Position numbers and translations under genes: made by a program. Below, in pieces: positions 55,941-64,000 of a stretch of DNA of 64,000 bases. The notes below the pieces were generated by a model, which had not been told where the DNA came from, did not search any database, and saw only the letters and a list, made by a program, of their open reading frames with translations. Source of the DNA: Eimeria praecox (taxonomy: Eukaryota); NCBI GenBank assembly GCA_963920595.1, contig OY986950.1, positions 2,914,001 through 2,978,000 on the forward strand, given 5' to 3'. How positions within the stretch are numbered: the stretch's first letter is position 1; the number at the start of each line of letters is the position of its first letter.

Positions 55941-55991
<51 letters not shown>

Positions 55992-56799
55992 GCAGCACAA
56001 GGTCCTGCCTATTTCTTCCTGGGCGTTGCCTCCCCCGCTCGAGGCAAGCCTGCTGCGGCAGCAGCAGCAGAAGCAGCAGCAGAAGCAGCTGCTGCAGCAG
56101 TTGCAGCAGCAGCAGCAAGCATTCCTACAGCAGCAAAACGAAGTGCAACGAGATCTGCAGCAGCAGCAGCTTCTGCTGCAGCAGCTGCAGCAGCAGCAGC
56201 AGCAGCGCCTGCAGTCTCCCTTGCTGCTGCAGCCCGAAGCCCCGCAGCCGCTGCTGCAGCAGCAAACATTGCAGCAGCAACAACAGCTGCAGCAGCAACT
56301 GCTGCAGCAGCAGCAGCCTCTACCGCAGCGGCAGCTGCCCCTGCAGCAGCCGCAGCAGCTCCTGCAGCAGACGCAGCAGTTTCTGCAGCAGCAACCACTA
56401 CAGCAGCAGCCGCTGCAGCAGCATCCGCTACAGCAGCAACCGCAGCAGCAGCAGCAACCGCAGCAGCAGCAGCAGCAGCAGCTGCAGCAGCAGCAGCTGC
56501 TGCAGCAAGCCCTTGCTTCGGTGCAGCCACACTTAGTTGTGCTGCATCGCGCTGCAGCAGGGAGACACCTGAATCTGCTGCCTCCTCAAGCAGGAGGAAA
56601 CAGCAGCAGCAGCAGCAGCAGCAATAGCAGCAGCAGCAGCAGCAGCAGCAGGCCGCAGCAGCAGCAGGAGACCCTACTGCAGGGCGCGCTGAGTCTAAGC
56701 AGCCCCTACATCGCCTCTACATCATCATCATCAGCAGCAGCAGCAACCACAGCAGCAGCAGCAGCAGCAACCACAGCAGCAGCAGCAGCAGCAACCACA

Positions 56800-56843
<44 letters not shown>

Positions 56844-56937
56844 TGCAGCAGACACACCAGAAGAGTTGCTGTTTTCATCTCCTTCTCTATTTACTCAAGA
56901 CTCCCCAAGGCCAGAAGAATTTCTTAGAGATATCTAA
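54823..56937 (+). CDS. Hypothetical extremely glutamine-rich protein (~700 aa)
   Basis: Open 2.1-kb frame (first ATG 54823, alternative ATG 54943 MDLPKLGPGMQRLLLRYLAM) with unique linkers such as LQVFLNPKDPAPV, HKVLPISSWALPPPLEASLL and EELLFSSPSLFTQDSPRPEEFLRDI all in the Q frame. No domain recognised; CAG tracts inflate ORF length. Confidence 0.55.
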
Positions 56938-57296
56938 ACCCTAAACCCTAAACCCTAAACCCTAAACCCTAAACCCTAAACCCTAAACCCTAAACCCTAA
57001 ACCCTATTTTAGGGTTTTGCTGATACACTGTGCACACGCAGGCGCTGCAGGAGAGAGCTGATAGAGCAGCAGCAACGATGCAGCAGCAGCAGCAGCAGCA
57101 GCGGCAGCTACAGCAGCAGCGGCAGCTACAGCAGCAGCAGGTAGTGGTGCTGGCTCAGGCGGCGCCATCTGCTGCTGCTGCTGCTGCTGCTGCATCCCTG
57201 CGGTGTACAGACAACCCAATATTTGTGCTTGTAGAAATAAGGGTTTAGGGTTTAGGGTTTAGGGTTTAGGGTTTAGGCTGCGGGGGTTTAGGGTTT
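56935..57296. repeat. Inverted pair of telomere-like arrays after the poly-Q ORF
   Basis: (AAACCCT)n 56935-57005 and (TTTAGGG)n 57240-57296. Confidence 0.92.
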
Positions 57297-57496
57297 GCTT
57301 CGTCAACTGAAAGGGATATACACTGCTGCCGTTGCTGCTGCTGCTGCAGCAGCAGCAGCAGCAACCGTAGCAGCAACCGCAGCAGCTGCTGCTGCCACAG
57401 CAGCAGTAGTAGAGCTAGCAGCCACAGCCACAGCAGCAGCAGCAACATCAGCAGCAGCAGCATATATATTAGTTGCTGCTGCGTGTGTCTTGTTTA

Positions 57497-57563
<67 letters not shown>

Positions 57564-57655
57564 CTGCTTCTGCAGCATTATTTTCTTGTCTCTATTTGTT
57601 CAATTTATTTGTATTTACTAATTAAATAAACAAATATATTTTGTTTATTATATAA

Positions 57656-57742
<87 letters not shown>

Positions 57743-58386
57743 TAATATATTTTGTTGTTGTTGTTGTTGTTTGTAGACAGAAAGAAAAACAGAATAGATA
57801 TAGATAGAAAGATAGACAGACAGAAAGACAGCTGCAGCAGCAGCAGCAGCAGCTGCTGCTGCTGCTGCTGCAGCAGCAGCAGCTCACTGTATGCATGCAG
57901 ACGCAAAGATCTCTTTCAGCTGTATAGCCTCTTCTTGCTGCCTGCCGCACTGCTTCGTGCTGCTGCTGTTGCTGCTGCTGCTGCTATTGTTGCTGCTGCT
58001 GCAGCAGCAGCAGCAGCATCATAGTGTACACCGCGTGAGCGGAAGCCGTCTTCTGCTGCAGCAGCAAAGTCTGCTGCTTCATATTATGTCTTTGTTAATA
58101 TTGAGGTGTACGTACACCCGAAAATAAGTAAATGGGGAGAAGAAGAGAAGAATAAAGCCGCACAGCGAGGTATAAGCGCAGCCACCAAACACCACAAGTT
58201 GATGCTGCTGCTGCTGCTGTGGCTGTTGTTGCTGCTGCTGCTCTTGTTGTTGTTGCTGCTGCTGCTGCTGCAGCTCAGGCCCACAGCAGCAGACGGCCTC
58301 CCTCTTTGAGCAGGCAGCAACTGCAGCAGCAAGGCCCGAGTTCCTGCTGTTTCCGCTCTTGCTGCTGCTGTTGCTGCTGCTGCTGA

Positions 58387-58420
<34 letters not shown>

Positions 58421-58423
58421 GGA

Positions 58424-58612
58424 TCATGGGGGCAGAGCAGCATCTAGCAGATGCTGTACATGAATAGAAGGAGGGTGTAGTTTGCTGCAGGCCTTAGCTA
58501 TGTCTCTTATCCACAGAGACAGAGGCAACAGCAAATACGTCAGCCCCTTAAGGCTTTCAAATAAACACAGACAATCTAAACAGAGACGATCTCCCACACT
58601 CCACTCTGCTGC

Positions 58613-58665
<53 letters not shown>

Positions 58666-59004
58666 AAGGTTTCGCTGCGCCAGAGGGCATAGAAGCACCA
58701 GCAGCTGCAGCTGCTGCAGCTGCTGCTGCTGCTGCTGCTGACGATTCTGCTGCTGAAGGAGCAGAGGATGATGCATCAGTGCCCGTGAGGCTCTGACTCT
58801 GATGACTATTGTTGCTGTTGCTGCTGCTGCTGCTAGCAGCAGCAGCAGCAGAAACAGAACCGTGCTCCTGCTGCTGCTGCTGCTGCTGCCGCTGCTGCTG
58901 CTGCTGCTGCTGCAGCTTCGTTGTAAAGATGTCTGCCATAGAGTGGAAGGCTAAAGCAAACAGGCGACTGACGCTCTCCTGAGGCAGCACCCGTGCGACT
59001 ACCT

Positions 59005-59062
<58 letters not shown>

Positions 59063-59121
59063 AGCAAGGAGCATTCTGAGTCCAGCTGCTGCAGCAACGT
59101 AAGCGAACCCAACAGCAGCAG

Positions 59122-59158
<37 letters not shown>

Positions 59159-59304
59159 GGCAACAACAATAACAGCAGCAGCAGCAGCAGCAATAACAGC
59201 AGCAGCAGCAGCAAATAATGTATTTACTTTGTACATTGAAGATATGTCTTTCACTAACTCCCGCAGGGCGTCATGAGGCAGCGGCAGCTCACTTGCCTGC
59301 TGTT

Positions 59305-59343
<39 letters not shown>

Positions 59344-59688
59344 TGCGGGCTGCTGCAGGGGGGTGGGGCGCAGACAGCCAAAATGCTGCATGCGCCTCAA
59401 AGCGTTCTACTAATATAGCCACAAGCTTTTCAAACACCTGTGCAACAGCAGCAGCAGCAACAGCAGCAGCAGATGCAGCATGAACGTTAAGCAGTATAGC
59501 TGTTGCTGTTGCTGCTGCTGCTGCAGGTGCTGCTGCTGCTGCAGCAGCAGCAGCAGAACACACTCTGCAGCAAATGATTTGTCTGTAACAGCAAACTCCG
59601 CACTAAACAGCAGCAGCAGCAAACTCCACTCGCTATGCAGCAGCAGCAGCAACACCATGAGCAGCAGCAGCAGCAGCAGCAAAATGAG

Positions 59689-59719
<31 letters not shown>

Positions 59720-60222
59720 CTCTGGAGCACGAGCAGCAACAACATCAACCGCAGCAGCAGCGATTTAGACAGCTTCCGCATCATCATCATCAGCAGCACC
59801 AATATCCTCAACAGCAACAGCAGCAGCAGCAAGCAGCAGCAGCAGCAGCAGCAGCAAGCAGCAGCAGCAGCAGCAGCAAGCAGCAGCAGCAGCAGCAGCA
59901 TACAAGCGATCTACTATGGGCGAGAGCACTTGCTGCCTCTCTTAGCTGCTGCAGCGCAGCAGCAGTTTTCAATGCTGAGGACAGCAGCCCGAGCTGTCTG
60001 TACACCGCAGACAAAGTGTGGGGAGGAGGCAGAGGGGGGAAGAAGACATCTCTATCAGCTGCCACATCTTCATTTGCTGTTGCTGCTGCTGCTGCAGCAG
60101 CAGCAGCTGCTGCTGCTGCTGCAGCAGGAGAGGCAGCAAATGCAGTCGAGCTGTGCTGCTCCTGCGACCGACGCCAGCTTAGCAGGAAAGCCCTTGCTGC
60201 ACTCTCTAACTCCCATTGCTGC

Positions 60223-60272
<50 letters not shown>

Positions 60273-60387
60273 TTGCTGCTGCTGCTGTTGCTGCTGCTCC
60301 GCTTCAGAGTCCTGCTGCAGGTGCAGCTGCAGCAAGGGCGGCCTTTCTGTGAGGCTCCATTCCTCATCAGCTGCCGTCAGGTGTTTC

Positions 60388-60419
<32 letters not shown>

Positions 60420-61486
60420 TTGCTGCTGCTGGTTTCGTTGCTGCAGGTAGTGTTGCTGTTGTTGTTGTTGTTGTTGCTGCTGCTGCTGCCTCTGCTGCTG
60501 TGCTAGACCATCAGTGAGGCGTTTCAAGATAAGAAGGAGACAGTCAAACGTTCTCGCTGCTCTTGCAAGTACACTTGCTGTTATGCGCTGCAGCTGCCCC
60601 CTCTGTACTGCTGCACCCTCAACCGTGAGGTGTACGTACACCCGAGCAAGCCGCAGCAGGAACTCTTTCAAGCAGATGAAGACAGCAGGCTCGAGCCACG
60701 GCAACCAAATAGAGAGAGATAAATATTCTCTCATTAGCTGTACAACAAACAGAAACACATATACACCAGCAACTCAAATCCTGCAGCAACAAATGCTGCT
60801 GCTGCTGCTGCTGCAGCAGCAGCAGCAGCAGCAGCAGATGCTGAAGCAATAGAGAGGCATTAGAGGCAGCAAACAGCAGCAGCACAAATACATAAACAAA
60901 AGACAATACGCATGCATGCAGAGGTTTCTATGTGATGAGACAGCAGCTACCGATACAAGCAGCAGTAGCAGCAGCAGCAGCAATAGCAGCAGCAGCAACA
61001 GCAGCAGCACGCCTGACAGCAGCAGGAGCACGAGTCACAGCAGGATCAGCAGCAGCAGCAACAGCAGCATCAGCAGCTGTAGGAAAAGCATATCAACTGC
61101 AGCAGCAGCAGCAGCAGAACTAGCAGCAGGAGATGCAGCAGCCACAGCAGCAGCAGCAGCTGCAGCAGCAGCAGCAGCAGCTGCAGCAGCAGCTGACCGC
61201 AAGCGCGACGAGCACCGAAGGCGCAACAGCAAATTCTTCTCCTTCAATTATAATACCTCTCGAGCCAACGCTAACTGCAGCAGCACGCATGCTAGCTGCT
61301 GCTGCTGCTGCAGCAGCAGCAGCAGCAGCAGACCCTGCAGCAGACCCTGCAGCAGCAGGAATAGGTGCGATGCCTGCTGCAGCTCTTGCTACGGTGTCTT
61401 CATTGGGATGAAGAACCCCTGTGTTGGGGGTTGCTGCTGCTGTTCCTGCTGTTGCTGCTTCTGTTGCTGCTGCTGTTGCTGCTGCT

Positions 61487-61523
<37 letters not shown>

Positions 61524-61624
61524 GAGGAGGAGACACAGATGATGAGGCGCCCGGGGACACCGAAGCTGTCGTGTTTGCGTACGGTTCAGCTGCTTCAGTT
61601 TCTGTTCTAGTAGCTGCTGCTGCT

Positions 61625-61655
<31 letters not shown>

Positions 61656-62283
61656 TAGGAGGTGCTGCTGCTGCTGCAGCAGCAGCAGCAGCAGCAGGAG
61701 CAGCAGGAGGAGCAGCAGCAGGAGCAGCAAACAGCAGCAGATCTGCTACGTGCTGCACGAGAGACTGCTGCAGTGGCTGTCTCTCCCAACTCTCCTTCGT
61801 CAGCAGCAAATCAAGTTGAAGCAAATTCGATTCGTGCAGACCCTCCAAGATACCTTCACAAACCCCAAACCCTAAACCCTAAACCCTAAACCCTAAACCC
61901 TAAACCCTAGGCCCTAAACCCTAAACCCTAGGCCCTAAACCCTAAACCCTAAACCCTAAACCCTAATGCCCCCTGCCCTCAGGTATGTGTACGTATGTTT
62001 TTCCTCTCGTTGCGTCTGTGCGGTGTTCAGATATTAGCTATAAAAACAATTAGGGTTTAGGGTTTAGGGTTTAGGGTTTAGGGTTTGGGGGTTTACGTTT
62101 GCCTTGGGCGAGGAGGAAGGGAGAGAGAGAAGCAGCAGCAGGAGACACGAAGTCTATCTTCATATTCTGCAGCCTGCTGCATGCAGCACTGACACTGCAG
62201 CAAGGCAGCAGCCGCAGCAAACTGTTGTCCTCTGCACACGGAGACAGCAGCAGCAGCAGCAGCAGCAGCAACAGCAACAGCAG

Positions 62284-62319
<36 letters not shown>

Positions 62320-62811
62320 AACGAACAGAAACAGCAGCAATCGCAGCAGCAGTAAGTGCAGCTGCAGCAAATCCTGCTGGCCTTCTTATGTGTCAACAAC
62401 GCCTCGGCTGCTGTTTGCTGTTGCTGTTGCTGCTGCTGCTGTTGCTGCTGCTGCTGTTGCTGTTGCTGCTGCTGCTGCTGCTGTTGCTGTTGCTGCTGCT
62501 GCATGTCTTTTGTTTCTGGGTTTACCTGTATAGTCTGGGAAGAAGACGGGCTGCTGGCAGGACTGCGCTGCTGCTGCTGCTGCAGCAGCAGCAGCAGCAG
62601 CAGCGCTCGGGCTTTTGCTGCTGTCGCTGCTCGGAGAGTTCGAGCCAATCATCAGCTTCTTTTGATGCTGCTGCTGCTGCTGCCGCTTCTGCTGCTGCTG
62701 CTGCTGCTGCAGCAAGACGACGGTGACGTTGAGCGACTGCAGCAAAATCTGCGCCAACCGAGCCCGGAGCCGCTGCTGCACGGCGTACAGACACCCCATC
62801 GCCTGCAAGCA

Positions 62812-62842
<31 letters not shown>

Positions 62843-63392
62843 ATGACAGCTTTGGCATGCAGCAGCAGCAGCAGCAGTTGCAGCAGGTAGCTTTTGCATG
62901 CATGCACCAGCAGCAGCAGCAGCAGCAAACGTTTGCATGCACCAGCAGCAGCAGCAAGCTCTTGCATGCAACAGCAGCAGCAGGAGAGAACGAAGGGAGT
63001 GAGAGCATTTATGCTGCAGATAAAAGAAGAAGAAGGAAAGAGAAGACAAGACGCACTGCTGCTGCTGTCAGCAGCAGCTGCGCGAGCTGCTGCGGCGTTG
63101 CTGCTGCTGCATGCGTGCCCCTAGCCTGCAGCACCGACACCACCTTCGTCATTAGGGTGTCTAGGCAGCTCTGCAGCACACAACAACCCCACCAATAACC
63201 ACATACATCCCTCAAATTGCTGCTGCACCTGTTGCTGCAGCAGCAGCAGCAGCAGCAGCTGCTGCTGCTGCTGCAGCTGCTGCTGCTGGCCTGGAAATGT
63301 GGGGTAGCGAGGGGACAGGTGCAGCAAACGGTTCCACCGAATGCTCGCAGCAGCAGCAGCAACAACAACATCAGCAGCAGCAGCAACAACAA

Positions 63393-63448
<56 letters not shown>

Positions 63449-63658
63449 CACCTCAGCTACGCGGACGAGGGCTGCTGCTATGAAACGCCAGCTTCGTGTT
63501 AGGGCTTCTGCTTCAGCAACTAACGCTGACAACTCATCTGCTGCTGCTGCTGCACCCTCCTGCTGCTGCTGCTGCTGCTGTTGCTTCTGCTGCTGCTGCT
63601 GTTGTTCCTGATCATCTCCCTGCTGCTGCTGCTGCTGCTTCCCCTGCTGCTGCTGTTC

Positions 63659-63695
<37 letters not shown>

Positions 63696-63774
63696 CTGCA
63701 TAGGCGGAAGGTCCCAAACTCGGCGGCGCGCAGCAAAACATAAGAAACCCACGACTCCACACGACAAGCTGAAC

Positions 63775-63810
<36 letters not shown>

Positions 63811-64000
63811 GCAGCAGATGCAGCAGCAGGAGAATGCTGCAGCATTTGCAGAAGCCTCGCAGCAAAAGCAGCACTATCGGCAGCAGCGCAGCAGCACCTA
63901 TTAACAGCAGCAAGACCGAGAACGTATGAGGCTCGCCCATGTTGCTGTTGCTGCTGCTGCAGGTTTTACAGCAGCAGCAGCAGCAACAGAAGCAGCAGCA
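58424..64000 (-). CDS. VPS54: Vacuolar protein sorting 54 (GARP complex subunit), 3' portion; 5' end probably beyond the window
   Basis: Confident exons: one ending at 62097, then 61853-61198, 60737-59904, 59437-59228, 59002-58424, giving LLAQGKR/ILEGLHESNLLQLDLLLTKESWE, IEGEEFAVAPSVLVALA/LMREY, LTVEGAAVQRGQLQRITASVLARAARTF, VFEKLVAILVERF, LVKDISSMYK/VVARVLP, all matching the Vps54 C-terminal region in order. Exons above 62100 (e.g. 62802-62526, 63.0-63.9 kb) are less certain. Confidence 0.8.
61861..62094. repeat. Inverted pair of telomere-like arrays forming both ends of a VPS54 intron
   Basis: (AAACCCT)n 61861-61966, ~85-bp spacer, then (TTTAGGG)n 62051-62094. Confidence 0.93.

Noticed and set aside
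59560..59635. Possible extra VPS54 exon in a unique island
   Set aside because: Direct joining of 59904 to 59437 already gives a sensible in-frame SRSL/VFEKLVAIL; splice sites of the island are ambiguous.

Overview
Eukaryotic, intron-rich DNA with the hallmarks of a coccidian (Eimeria-like) repeat-rich genome segment: pervasive (CAG)n tracts giving poly-Q/A/S in proteins, interstitial telomere-like (AAACCCT)n arrays, TGCATGCA octamers and (TA)n microsatellites. Most listed ORFs are simple-repeat artefacts. By splicing exons manually (GT-AG, phase-checked) I recover nine genes: the 5' part of SMC1 (-), RRP36 (-), an RsuA/RluB-type pseudouridine synthase (+), a complete 26-exon class XIV myosin H with IQ and RCC1/ATS1 tail (-), a 1219-aa Q/A-rich protein with one hydrophobic segment (+), ankyrin-bromodomain protein BDP1 (+), an RMI2-like OB-fold protein (-), a ~700-aa poly-Q protein (+) and the 3' part of VPS54 (-). 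A ~4.5 kb repeat-free island (40.0-44.5 kb) is a decayed Ty3/gypsy retroelement with three diverged direct repeats. The most unusual signals are introns whose ends are built from inverted telomeric repeats, a highly iterated GGTGT-N4-ACACC palindrome found even in exons, the RMI2-like gene, and a duplicated (GCTA)n module upstream of myosin H. All family assignments rest on motifs recalled from memory, not on database searches.
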